The notes under the pieces were generated by a model. It was given only the letters and a program-made list of their open reading frames with translations, made no database searches and was not told the origin of the DNA. A stretch of DNA of 64,000 nucleotides from Heptranchias perlo (lineage: Eukaryota), in NCBI RefSeq assembly GCF_035084215.1, contig NC_090354.1, positions 3,472,001-3,536,000 on the forward strand. Direction: 5' to 3'. Positions 50,303-63,445 of this stretch are shown one piece after another; within the stretch, counting starts at the first letter, position 1, and each line of letters begins with the position of its first letter. The translations under genes were made by a program, and so were the position numbers.

Positions 50303-51600
50303 CTAGAATTACATAGAATCCACAGAACAGAAACACGCCATACGGCCCAATTGGTCTATGTCGGTGTTTATGCTACACACGAGCCTCCTCCCACTCTAAT
50401 TACCTCTTCCCACTCTGCCCCCATAATCCCCTATTCCCTTCTCCCTCATGTATGCATCTCCCCTTAAATGCACCAATCCTACCTGCTTCAATCACTCAGT
50501 GTTGCAGCGAGTTTCACATACCTACCACTCTCTGTGCAAATATATTCCTCTTAAATGCTTTGTTTGATCTGTTGATGACTATCTTGTATTTATGCCCCCT
50601 TGTTCTGGACTCACTCACTAGTGGAAACGGTTTCTCCACCCAATTGAACCCCTTCATAACTTTATTTCCTCTCAGTCTTCTCTTTTCCAAATAAAAGAAT
50701 CCCAGCCTGCTCAATCTTACCTGGTAGTTGCATCTGGTCAATTCTAGTAACATCCTTGTAAATCTTTTCTGCACTTTCTCTAGTGCTTCAATATCAATTT
50801 TTGTAATATGGGGAACAGAACTGCACGTTCCAAGTATAGTCCAACCAAGATTCTACATAAATGTAATATTATCTCCTTGCTTTTGTATTACATTCCCCTA
50901 GAAATGCATCCAGTACATTGTTGCACTTTTTATGGCCTTATCAACTTGTGTTGCTACATTTAGTGGTGTATCTATCTATATTCCCAGATCTCTTTTCTCC
51001 TCTACCCCGTTTAGTTTCTTATCTTCCAAAGAATAAGTTACCTCTTTATTCCTCCCACACATTATTAGCTATACGCCCAAATTCGGTATCATCTGCAAAT
51101 GTCGACACCGTACCTCCAATTTCTGAGCCCAAATCATGTATGTATATGGTTAACAACAGTGGTCCCAGCATGGATCCCTGAATTGCCCTTGTCTATTGTT
51201 TCTGTTATTTCTTCAGAGAATTCAATAACGTTGGGTAAACATGACCTTCCTTCCAGAAATCAATACTGACTATGTTCTATTATAGTCTCCATCTTTAGAT
51301 GTTTTGTTATCTGATCTTTCAGCAAAGATTCTAGTATCTTTCCTACCACTGACGTTAAGCTAATTGGTCTATAGTTCCCTGGATTAGTTGTATCTCCCCT
51401 TTTCAAGATAGGAATTACATTTGCTGTCCCCCATTCCACTGACATTATTCGTTCTTCTATTGGAGTTTTATGTATGGATACTAGTAACTCTGCTATCTTC
51501 TCCCTAATTTCTTTGAGTATCTGTGAGAGCAGTCCACTGGGACCCGGGATCTTGTCCTCCTTAAGTTTGGCTAGTTTGCCTAGTATCTCCTTTCTTTCTT
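50303..51600 (-). mobile_element. CR1-type LINE fragment (decayed ORF2 3' part and 3' tail)
   Basis: Peptides WGTANVIPILKRGDTTNPGNYRPISLTSVVGKILESLLKD and QKRFTRML...LEKRRLRG...FPLVSESRTRGHKYKI...FAQRVV; (TTCTATG)-like tail at the left end; frameshifts and internal deletions. Confidence 0.9.
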
Positions 51601-54600
51601 AACTGATATTGCATCAGAAACGTGTCCATTGGGGTGTGGTGTAAAATGTGTATTGCCTCTACTCTCAGGCAACTGTGTGTGATTGTACATAACATGTACA
51701 TAACATGTAATGCAACCACTTGCAATGGTTGTACAAAACACAACAAGAAGCCACATGGGCAATAACTTGCCCATAAAAATATTGCAACTCTCCAAACCCG
51801 GAAACGTTGATTTCAACGAGGCTGCGCGATGGCAGCGCAGGGGCGGTTTCTACCTATGAGTTCCCAAAACTGATAAATATTTAGTTGAGCCAAATTAACT
51901 TAGTACGTTCCACTGATAATTATATTTTTAAATGGTAAAGATGTGATGAAACTAAACAGTTTAAAAGCAAAGTTCTTAATTGTTAGCTAGAGATATCTTC
52001 AAACCTTAACTTTTATCAGAAGAATGAGGACAGTTTGGATCAGATAGTAGTTTTCTCATCCAATGGGATTTGAAATAGTATCTTGTGCCGACACTGTTCA
52101 CATTTCCGGTATGTATTGTGTCCTGGAATTCAAATGAGGGATTTTGTTTATCAAACAATTAAGGTTTTAAGTTAATCACATAATTTGGGATGGAATGTAA
52201 ATGATTTTTCCCTCAGGATTGCACACAACAATACATATTATTAAATGAATTTAAATATACATTTTTCAGCCTTCCCATATTTTGAGAACTGATATTCAAT
52301 TCTACATCCCAGTATTCTTACCAAACACCCCTTTCTCCTAATACTGGTGGATTTTATATTCTTGTGATCCTGTGACAGAAGTCACACAATGCTCACATTG
52401 AAATGAGGATTAAATTAATTGGGATAGTATAAATCTCCAGTGACACTGTATTTTGTGATATTTAAACATTGACGCATACGATTTGATAGAGAAAACAGGG
52501 AGCATTATGTCATGCTGACTTGTTTTAGTCAAGTAAATACTGAAAGGGACCAATGTAATCTATTGTGTCCGTTGTGAGTATGCAATATCAGGAAGGTGCA
52601 GCGAGCGTTATAAATGTCCACGCGTCTGTGTATCTTTGCTTTATAGACTAAATGGTGATTAAAGCGCGCCATGGGCTTTTAAATCTGTGGTATTGAAAAT
52701 TAAAGCTTGAAGTTCCCTTTCAGCGATAAAGAGAAAACGATAAACTTTGCACACTTGCTGCTAAAGGCTGGTGCTTCACCGTGTGTGTTTTCAAAGCCAG
52801 TTCTGGTCTGTAATGCAAATTCATCTGCAATATTAATCTTTGAGGGTTAGTTTATTTATACTGACGAGGTAATTCGATATTATATGCACGTTTAATTTGA
52901 ATATCTGAACGGTAATGAGTGAATTCATGCTACGGATTATATTTTGCACACAATTAAATGGATTTTAAAACTCGAATAAATTAATCTTATTAACACAGTA
53001 AATATCTGTAATTTTATTTGCATGGTCATCGTTTAAAGTTACTTGGAACCAAACGGCCTTCGACATCTGGTCCCATCTAGAAGTCGAGCTGACTTTTCAA
53101 GTTAAAAACTCAGCTCCATTAGTGAAGAATTTAGCGCCAGCATCAACGCTAATTAAAAACCCAGTAAAATGTGTCCCAGAATAAGGGCTGTGGCTACTTC
53201 AAGGGGGAGGGGGTACAACAGTCCGATAGAGTCGGTGTCTCCAGTGGAGTTTATTCGGTTCTATTCGCATTAAAAGACAAGCCGCAATTTTTCAGACCGA
53301 AACTGAATTTCTCTGCCGCTTTCTTTCACTCACCCAACAATGATAAGAATTCGACTTAACGCGCCAAATAAACTTCAGATTCCTGGATTAAAAGCTGTTG
53401 CCTTTTTCTTTGTTTATGTAGAGTTGGAAGATCTCTTTCTTTCTCTCTCTCTCTAGCTCCAGATTTGATGTTTGTTATAAGAGGCGCCCCAGCCTCTGTC
53501 TCTTTTCTCGTCAGCCAGTTGTCTATTCGCACATATAATTTACACAGACAGGCAATAAAATGTCTGGCTGCTGTGTGCGCAACCTATACAACGCCTTGCA
53601 GAAAGGCTGGTTTTAAATGCTACACCAGCACAACCGTGGGATTGAAATTTTACCTTCCACCCGCATTTAGAATTTATAGTCTCGATATATTTTTGGAAAT
53701 GCTAGCATTTTGTTTCGTATGTGGATAGATTTTTTAAAAGAATTCTAAAAACAAACAAACAACGCCACTGTGAAAACAAATCTATAAACTGTACTTGATC
53801 GTGGATGTTTGGTGTGGAGTTCTCAAAGTTTAAAGCACCGTTAAATACATTGTATTGTAAATATTCTGTATGGTTAAAAATCCAGGTGTTAAAATATGGG
53901 ATTGATAAAAAAAAAGAAATCTCTTGGAATTTCGATGCCTCTGCTAGCGCTCTGGGCTCTTTATGACCCTATCTGAGGCGAGTGGCTGCAAATGATTGAA
54001 CTTCTCTTGTTATTTCTGTCGGGCAATTGTTTTCCCTCCTGCAGTTTCTAACCTTGAAACGGTTCCAGACTTAAACTTTATTCCCTGGACGCATTCCCCT
54101 GTGAAACTTACTTGTCGTTCATTCTAGAACGGATGTTTATTCGAGAGAAAGTTTAATGTGTTGGAGACTCGACTTCTTGTTTGCTGTAGTCTATTTGGTG
54201 GAGATCCTTATAGAAAATATTTTTTATTGATTGGGGGAAGGTTCAAATAATACAAATAAAGCGACATCGCCAACATACAAATACAAGCAACACCTATAAA
54301 AAAAACACCATCTAAAATTAGAAAGATCAGTCTATTGCAAGGTGTATAAATTAGTCAAGAAATCCGTGGTTGGACCCATCTTCAGGGCAAAATTTAAATT
54401 CTTAAAATTCACTTGTAATTCTACTTCATATGTGTATCTAAGGACAAAGAAATTACCTCCTCTTGTTACAATATCCTCCAACATGGGGGAATCTCATGGC
54501 GTGCGATGTGATCACATGATCCTACCAAGAATGCAACATTGCTTGCACCAAACACTTTGGGGCCAACATTGGTTCATCGGCGGTGGAATGTCAACAGCTT

Positions 54601-57600
54601 TTTAAATGCATGTTGTTATTATCTTGTATTATTGTGTCTGTTGTGTCGTCGATTTGAAGTGGTAGCCAGCAAACTACAGCACACAGATATTTTGTGAGAA
54701 AATACTTAAGATGAATTTTGCCGCTCATCCCTTGGAACTAACAAGTAAAAATGTTCGGTTTTGTTTAAAGGCCTGTTGTAGGCGACTGTTTATTTTAATA
54801 ATTATAATCTTGACAGAATCTTGCCAATTCTCCAAATAACTACTTAAAAAATCCCATAATTTTTTATTGTTCCAAACTGTTGTCCAAACTACCACGCATT
54901 TTTTTATTGATCGTAACATTTGATTTCGAATGTCCTTTCAAGGTGATTTGTGCAATAAGTCCTCCCAAGGTACAGTAGTTAATTTGTACCAATCTGGCTG
55001 TTCTACAATAATTTTAATTACAATTCTATTGAGACGTAGTAATCCAACCAAAACGAATACACCGTGTTCCAGTAAGAACATGCAAGGATTAGCTTGAGAT
55101 TGCCACCGTTCTGCCAATCAAGCATGTGGAATGTGGCATAAATCTAGTTATTTGTTTTCTTTTGAAATTGAACTCAAAACTGCAACAAATGCTTTGGAAA
55201 AAAAGGATTAACTCGTGCAGCTTATTTAACCCTTTCAATCTGTACATTCGTTGTGAAATGCTTTTTTTTTTAGTTTAGGGACTCGTTTTATTTCCCACAG
55301 TATAAGAATACAAGACTTTGGAAGCAAAATGCTCCATATTACATCCTGCTGGTTTGGCTCGCATGCATTAGCATAGAGGCTTTCACTGACCCCAGCGCTT
55401 TCGCTTCGGAGTTCGTTAATACATACTGGCAGTTAGTTTGCTCCGAGAAAACTAATTGATAAAAGTAAAAAAGAAATATAGAAGTTGATCATTCATTTAT
55501 CACTACGTTGAAGCTGCAGCACAATTTTTAAACTGAGTTTTGGTTTTGTTGCAGGTCAAAGTTTATGGGAGGGTTCGTTTTAGGATCGTGGATTAAACCC
55601 AAGCATTGTGAAATTAAGAAATGTGCTCGTTTGCAATCAACATAAGAATAACACGATACTTAGTACCAATTAAAGCACTGCACTACAGCAGGACAACAGT
55701 CTTCGAACCTGGCTGAGGTGATCTGGGAGTGCACAACAGGTCTGAAAAGAATTCGTTATCGAAAGCAATGAACAGAAATGTTAATTTGTTTTCAGTAAGC
55801 GTGCTGCCGAATTTGACCAATACACAATGTTCAGCATTAGACCAGGGTACAAGTCCTTCAGAAGTGCTGTTCATAAACAGTAAGTTCGGTGAGCATTTTA
55901 AGCTTTTGGCTGTGCTCTGGAGAACGACACTCTCTCGCTATGTCTACCCCAAATCGAAACAAATTCTTTAACGAGCCAGCAAATAAACTGTCATGTTTCG
56001 GTCTGGTTTCTCCATGCACTTGTAGTACCCACTCCCCGAAGACTGCCCACATTTGATCTTCCCAGAAATGGCTAGTTGTAAAAAAACACTAACTTTCAAA
56101 CAGATGCAGGCACAAAGATATACGAACCTACTACCATTTCCCATATTTTACTGAGAGGCAGACACGTTCCTTATTCCAATTGTGAGCTAGTAAATCCCTG
56201 CGAGAAAGGAGGAGAAGAGACGGTCTCAAGAATAAATAAGACAAACATTTTTCACCGGGTTACCGTTTATATTATTACATCTATCTCCCTTTTGCGAAAA
56301 AATTAGTAACTATTTATAATAATCCCTTCCGGGATCTCTCAAAAAAACTGAAAGTTGGCAATTTTTTGTACTTTTGGTGAAACTTTTAAAATTTAAAATA
56401 TGTTACAATTAAGTACAGTTTGACATTGAAATACCAAAAAAATTGTACCAAAATTTACAAACATTGGATTAATTCTTAAATTATAGCATTCGTGAAAATA
56501 TCTCAATAAAAACCATAGCACGGCATGACTTAGGAAACTCCAAAATATACTAACTTTTAAAAATCTAAAATCATAAGGGATAATATGTGTTTTGCACTGT
56601 TTTAAATACAAAATTCAAGAGCGAAAATAAGGAAACTGGGATAAAACTGAAGATTCTGGAAATACACAGCAGGTCAGTTAACACCGGTGGAGACAAAGGG
56701 CAGGTTAACTGTTCGTATGCGCCTGAAACGTTCGCCTGTTTTACTCTTTACAGTTTGAGTGACTTGTGTATTTCGAGCGTTTTGTTTTTATTTCAAATTA
56801 CTAACATTTGTCGTTCTTTCGGAAGCTCGCTTTGCACGAATTAAATATTTTAGAACTATGGATTTGGATAAGCAGAAATAAATAACGTTGAACATGCTGC
56901 ATACGAGACAAAGAAAGCGAGCGTGTAGCGTTATTTAAAAGGCCGGTTTGATGTGACAGGCTGCTTTTTGCGTGTTTAAACGTTACCCAAGTGATTTGAA
57001 AGCAAGCTTTACAAATACACAGTGTCACTTAAGTATCCCGACTCCCGCAAATTTTCATCACTATTACTGTAGCTCCTATGGAGATGAAACAGGGTGCATT
57101 TCACCAAATAAAACCAACCTCCCCTTAAACAAACTACAAATCGAACATTAATTATGTTTGCTGTAAACACACCCAGCTGCTAAATATCTATATCCACTCT
57201 GCATGTTTCCGACGGGATTACAGTGTTTTTAAAGTGTCGTTTAGCAATGAAGTTCTATACTTTTTGTAGAAGATAAAATATCATTTGTCTATAAAACAAA
57301 TTGCAGTGATTTTTATTGTCTTTAAATCGCAATTCCTGGTCCATAGGCATAATTAGCTCCGATCTGATTTTTATTCATTTGGCTCGTTCAGAACAAATGT
57401 GTTACATCAACCGCAAAAAGATCTACTCGGGTTGGTGTATCGGGGAAATTGGATCAGGAAACAAAATGATTACAGGCAGTTTCCACAATCACTGCAAGCT
57501 AAATTGTTTCCCACCCAGCCCAAGAAGCACGAAGAAATTGGGGGGAATGGTAAACCAACCCATACCGTTTTAAATTCAAGTCCAGAGGAATGCGGCCGTT

Positions 57601-58537
57601 TGCAACAACCGCTTTAGGTTTAATGTCAAAATGACACACACAAAATTGTCAAGGATGGAGAATAAGGAAAGTGTTTTTTAAAAAATCATTTTTTTAAAAC
57701 GAGAGGTCAACGTGAAAAGCCAAGGTCTATATTGCATCACACCGCCAAAGCTCCAAACTGTTAAAAAAAAGAGGAGGAAGTCAATTAGAAAGTAATGATT
57801 AGGTGGCAACATTGCGTTTTAAAGTCCTGCAAACGGTAGAAAGGTACAGCTGAGGGACGTGAGGAGTTGCACGGTTCTGAGAAAGAATAAACTGTAGTGG
57901 GAACCTGTAAATGAGTGTTGGGGATGCAGGGAGGAGGAATAGCCTATCCAACCACATAGTTGAAGCTTAGAAGGAACAAGGCAGAGAAGTTTATAGCTGC
58001 AATGGTCATGGCAGATAGGCAGATAAAGACGGAAAAGGATATGATGAATAAATTACTTACTGTTAATAGGTTTACATACTGGTAGCAATTTAGGTCAAAA
58101 GAGCCGATGTGATTCATTTTACACCGTACAGGGATGAACTTGCATCAGCAATAACAGCAACTAGGAATAGAAGGCGTCAGCATTCACGCAATCTGTGTGC
58201 ATAATATTAACTCGTGTAGTGCTCGAGTTTCGAGTTCACAGTTTTCATTGGTTGCAAAGTATCCTTTTACATCTTAAGAGGTTTCTGCACTGTTTCTGGA
58301 TTTGTGTTGGAATTGGACAAAACACATAACATTCAATAGTTAATATTTCTGTTTTTTTTAATGCGTTTGTATCGTTTCAGCTGCTCTGTAGCTTGTGACA
58401 CTTTCAACCCCCCCTCCCCCCCGCAAACAGACATACACAATATATGTTTCCACACAAATATAAACACCCTCACATACACGTACACGCAGCCTTTGCTACG
58501 GAACTGCACACAACTCATATACTCTCATTCACACAAA

Positions 58538-58950
58538 CATAGAATCATAGAATCACGGAAAAGATACAGCGCGGAAGGAGGCCATTCGGCCCATCGAGTC
58601 CGTGCCGGCTCTATGCAAGAGCAATCCAGCTAGTCCCACTCCCCCGCCCTTTCCCCGTAGCCCTGCATTTTTTTCCTTTCAAGTACTTATCCAGTTCCCT
58701 TTTGAAGGCCATGATTGAATCTGCCTCCACCACTCCCCCGGGCAGTGCATTCCAGATCCTAACCACTCGCTGTGTAAAAAAGTTTTTCCTCATGTCACCT
58801 TTGGTTCTTTTGCCAATCACCTTAAATCTATGTCCTCTGGTTGTTGACCTTTCCACCAATGGGAACAGTTTCTCTCTATCTACTCTGTCTAGACCCTTCA
58901 TGATTTTGAATACCTCGATCAAATCTCCTCGCAACCTTCTCTGTTCCAAG
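58538..58950 (-). mobile_element. 5'-truncated CR1-type LINE 3' end (relatively young)
   Basis: Uninterrupted EQRRLRGDLIEVFKIMKGLDRVDREKLFPLVERSTTRGHRFKVIGKR...FFTQRVVRIWNALP...FKRELDKYL, then 3'UTR and a (TTCTATGA)n tail. Confidence 0.93.
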
Positions 58951-59614
58951 GACTTTTGTACTCTATCTCATAAACAGAGATATACAGACACAACATATGC
59001 ACCATCTCTCACCGGAAGACGTAAACATCCAGCACATGTACTCTTTGACGCATAAAGGCATGGATATAGCAACATGTTTACTATTACACACGGGCATACG
59101 CATATTTGCTTCCAGTAGCGTTACGTAAACGAGCAGTTAGAATAGAGGAGACCGTTCCAAAAGATAAAAGCCGTAGAGGACAAAATAATTACAATATTAA
59201 ACGGATATTTTCTAGAAATATTCACCAAGGAATATAACACTAACTTGCTATCCAATTCTTGTAATATTCCCAATAACAGAGGATTTTGAAGTTAATAGGG
59301 CAGAGCTACTTGCCAAGTTGAAGGAACTTTAACACTAACAAATCACTTGTGACAGATGGTATCTATCCTACGTATTTTGACGCCAACCATAGAGGAAATT
59401 TGCATCGTACTGGCTATCGTCATGAATGAATCGCTGTTGGACTGTTGGACTGAAAGCAGCAAATGTAGTGCCTTGGTTTTAAAAGAGCAACATATCTGAT
59501 CCAGGTACCAACAAACCTATTAGCCTAATATCAATAGTAGCTAAAATCGTGGAAATTATTCTAATAGGAAGGCTGGAGGAATATCTACAAAGCAACAACA
59601 GTAACAAAATAACC

Positions 59615-59708
59615 GCATTCGCGTTTATGTAGCATTTTATCACCTGGAAATGTCAGAAAGCACTTCACGCAATGAATTACATTGAAGTGCAGTGCCTGTT
59701 GTTATTTC
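59615..59708 (-). mobile_element. SINE 3' tail remnant (DeuSINE/SacSINE-like)
   Basis: Minus strand ...CACTTCAATGTAATTCATTGCGTGAAGTGCTTTCTGACATTTCCAGGTGATAAAATGCTACATAAACGC resembles the tail at 63350-63445. Confidence 0.5.
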
Positions 59709-59724
59709 CACAAACAATTTAATA

Positions 59725-60182
59725 AGAATGAACCGGAGCTTAAAGGGTTAAATTATGAGTACAGGTTGCATATACTTGGCGTGTGTTCTCTTGAGTTTAG
59801 AAGGTTGAGGGTGAACTAATCGAGGTGATTAAAATGATTAAGGGATACGATAGGGTTGATACAAAGAAATTATTTCCTCTGCTAGGGGAATCCAGAACAA
59901 GGGGGCACAATCTTAAAATTGGGGCTAAGCCATTTGGGAATGAAATCAGGAAGAACTTTTCGCACAAAAGGTAGTGGACACAGGAACTCTCTCCCCCAAA
60001 AGGTTGTGGATGCTGGGTCAATTGAAATTTTCAAGACTGAGGTCCATAGATTTTTGTTGGGTAAGGGTACCAGGGGAAATGGAATAAAGGCGGTAAATTG
60101 AGCTGAGGTACAGATCAGCCATGACCTAATTGAATGACAGAACAGATTCGAGGGGCTGAATGGCCTCCGCCTGTTCCTGTAT
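59725..60182 (+). mobile_element. CR1-type LINE 3' end nested in the older element
   Basis: GLNYEYRL...SLEFRRLR.ELIEVIKMIKGYDRVDTKKLFPLLGESRTRGHNLKI... followed by 3'UTR GATCAGCCATGA...GAGGGGCTGAATGGCCT...CTGTTCCT. Confidence 0.85.
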
Positions 60183-63154
60183 AGAAACAGCCAGCATTGA
60201 TTTAGAAGGTGACGAACTTTACAAATCTTTTGGAATCCTTTGAAGTGTTTCGGACAAAATAGATAGTGAAATTGTAGGTTATTATTTATTTGGAACTTTC
60301 AGAATGCCTTTGACAAAGTTTCACATGGGGAACGTCTTATTAAAGGGAAAAAAACATAGGGATCCAGGGTAGAACTGGATAAGATATTGGTTATAAAATA
60401 GGAATTGGGTCGAACTGGGGGGAATTAGATCTGAGTCCCTCTAGGGTTAATGTTTCGATCGCCGTGTTTTTCCCCAATTTATACTAATTACCTGGATATC
60501 AAAAAATTACCAAGTTTGCTGAACTAGGTAAAGCAGTGGAAATAGATTTGCAGCAATGTTAAAATCTGTTGTGCAGCTGAGCAGATAAACGGGACATTAA
60601 CTTGAACACTGATAACTGTAAAGTATTGCAAAATGGTCAAGTATATTTCATAGGTATACAATGTTTGCAACTGAACTATCAGAACGAGAGGTAAGCAATC
60701 TTTATACAACCACTTCTGTGTTAATGTGAATAAGTTTCTGCTGTTCAGAAGTGCAAAATTAACTGTATTTGGTGACCCAAGATCTGAACTCCTTCCTAAT
60801 ATAAGGTTTCAGACTCATTCTGCTCTGGACACGCTCCAGTGCAACTTCACTTTGCCTGGGTTCATATATAAAACTGGGAGTTACGCAATGTACAGTCTCA
60901 CACCATGTATTGAATCGCCCAATACAAAGCCATAACAGGTTAGATACAACTACAAAATTAAGTAAAACTCTTGTCTTGCACATTTTTACTACACTTCGCT
61001 TTACAATGAACCTACAAAACTTCCGAATAAATCATATGTGCACACACATAATCGTATATCTATACCTGTGTCATAACGTAAGATTCCATTTTCTGTCTAT
61101 GCGTGGGATGTCTAAATCAGTTTAATTATAACTTCGGTCTATACAACCGATTCAAATTGAGACATGTACCAAACTCAGACCGTATATGTAGTTTAATGGC
61201 AGCCTTAGAAATTGATCCGGGAATGATAGTGGACTTATCACTCTCGAAGTCTAGACAATATGGCAAATCAACATAACAAAGCGACTGGATTGCTGGGATA
61301 TATGGCCAGAAGAAAGTCTTTACAAGTTATGCTGAGTCCTTATAATGCACAGGTCAGGCTTCACTTGGAGTATTAATGGTATAGATTAGGTAAAATAGGA
61401 ATAATACTTCCGAATAATCCCGGAAATGAGAACCAGGGGATATGCATTTCAATTTAATTTTTTGAAAAAATTAGAACAGATATTTGGAAGAACATCTTCA
61501 TTCAAAGAGTGGAGTATGGAGGCTAAATTAATGGATGCTCTAACGGGAAGGATGAGTTTCGATTTTTTTTTCTCGTCCTTGACTTACATTCTTATATACT
61601 CGCCCTCTTTCTCACACACAGACATACACACGTCTAGACTCTTTATACCACACGTAACCCAAAGTTAACAGTGTTCAAATGTATTTTTACATTGACACAG
61701 GCGGCTATAAATATATTTCCGAAAGTAGTGCAAACGGGCGATTCTATAAGAATTAACTATTTTCATTGAGGTATTCCTGTAATAAATTGCGGGACAGTTT
61801 TCTCATGAAATGTCCACGAATTGGATCTAATTACGGACTTTTTGTTAAGTGGTTGAGGTTACTTTGAAATTAATGCAAATTATTTATTTCTAAACTCATT
61901 GGTGTCTGATTGAAGCTCTGGTTTTGAATTACAATATCCGAAGTATTGCCTATTTCCTTTGCAGTCGTTCTAAGGTCGGGTTTCGCCTCAGGAGCGTTTT
62001 GCTGAAACACGACAGTAATAAAACCAAACGGTAGGAACCCTGACTCTCTCTTACAAATAAACTGCATCTTTAAATTCACAGACGTCCACACAAGTCCAAG
62101 CCAGCCTCCTCGAGTACCAATGTTTAAAAAAAATTAAACTAAAGTGGTCTTTGTATCAGGGAGACTTTGAAGATGCTTCGGCTGCAATGAAATGGATTTA
62201 GTGTTTACAGCTAGACACCATTATTTGTATTTTATGTTTAGAGCGCCGAAATATGATAGATTGGTTGAAGAGGTTGGACTGCACGACCCGATAGTTCAAT
62301 TGCAGATTAGCTGTGCAAAACCAACTGCAAAATACAGAACATTCTCACAGATTTCTGTTAATCTCAATGTACGGAATTCCAGCTTCACACTTGCCAGGTG
62401 GAGAAACCTACAATGTGAGATTCAGCCTTGATAGGTTACAAGTATTTGCACTTAGTGGGAATTCTCGAACGTTAAACGTGCTAAATTCATAGTTTAAAAA
62501 ATCCTTGAATTTTAATCCGAATATCGACATGTTCTCCATGAAACTGCAAGTTCGGAACAGGTTGCTATTTGGTTACCAGTGGAAGTGTGTGACCCTTATA
62601 TAAAACTTATGTTATATAATATCTACAAGATAGATTCGAATTATTGTACGCATATTATCAGAGCAGAAACATTGTGAATAATAGCCCTGCTTTCTATAAG
62701 TTTTTGATTGTTATTAAATAGTGGATTGTTCAAATATATTTATCACAATATTGTACATCATGGAGCTGCTAAGCCTGTATTCATTATTGCACTAACATTA
62801 AAATGATGAAGAGTGAGATATGTTATAATTGCATTGATTTCATTGTTGTTCATAACTGTACGTGATCTTTCCTTCCCCAGATAAAGCACATTGTACTCAA
62901 TCAATATAAACTAATCAGCAGTACCTGGAAATCCAGGCAATTTGATTCGTAAATTTGCAGGAACAGAACCGATAAACAATTAGCAATTATGATATTATTT
63001 ATTTTTGGAATTGGACGAAGAGAGAAGAGGAGGGTACCCCGTGACAATAGAATTAATATTTATAATGGCGCAATGGAAATAGCTGAATCTTCATCTCGCT
63101 CTGATCAATAATGTCATAAAGTAATCGCTGGTCCCGTGTTATGAAGTGTGTCGA

Positions 63155-63168
63155 ACGGCAGAGGGCGC
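63155..63168 (+). promoter_or_regulatory. CTCF-like motif in the HoxB10-HoxB13 gap
   Basis: ACGGCAGAGGGCGC versus consensus CCAGCAGAGGGCGC, in a local CpG-rich patch. Confidence 0.5.
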
Positions 63169-63349
63169 GCGGGTGTAGACACCTGCGGAGCCAAGGACAG
63201 GGGTTATGGATATGAAACCTATATTCTTCTTCAGTTGAAGAATCGATTTACATTTTTAACAATAAAATTGAGATTTTAAAACATAAATTTAATTAAACAT
63301 TGAATAGTTCAATACAACTGCAATAGTACGTTTCTCTACGTTATAATAG

Positions 63350-63445
63350 TAATAGACTACTTCATAAAAGTACTACATTGGCTGTGAAGCGCTTTGGGAT
63401 GTACTGACGTCGTAGAAGGCACTATATAAATGCAAGCCTTTATTT
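63350..63445 (+). mobile_element. SINE 3' tail remnant (DeuSINE/SacSINE-like)
   Basis: GACTACTTCATAAAGTACTACATTGGCTGTGAAGCGCTTTGGGATGTACTGACGTCGTAGAAGGCACTATATAAATGCAAG resembles the 3' end of shark DeuSINE-family elements (recalled, not searched). Confidence 0.65.

Larger units (their letters stand above)
59400..61540 (+). mobile_element. Old, fragmented CR1-type LINE with nested insertions
   Basis: Decayed NVVP..K..DPG...PISL.S.V.KI.E (59460-59560), FQNAFDKVSH (60297-60326) and LLGYMARR...VRLHLEY (61290-61375) in collinear order. Confidence 0.7.
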
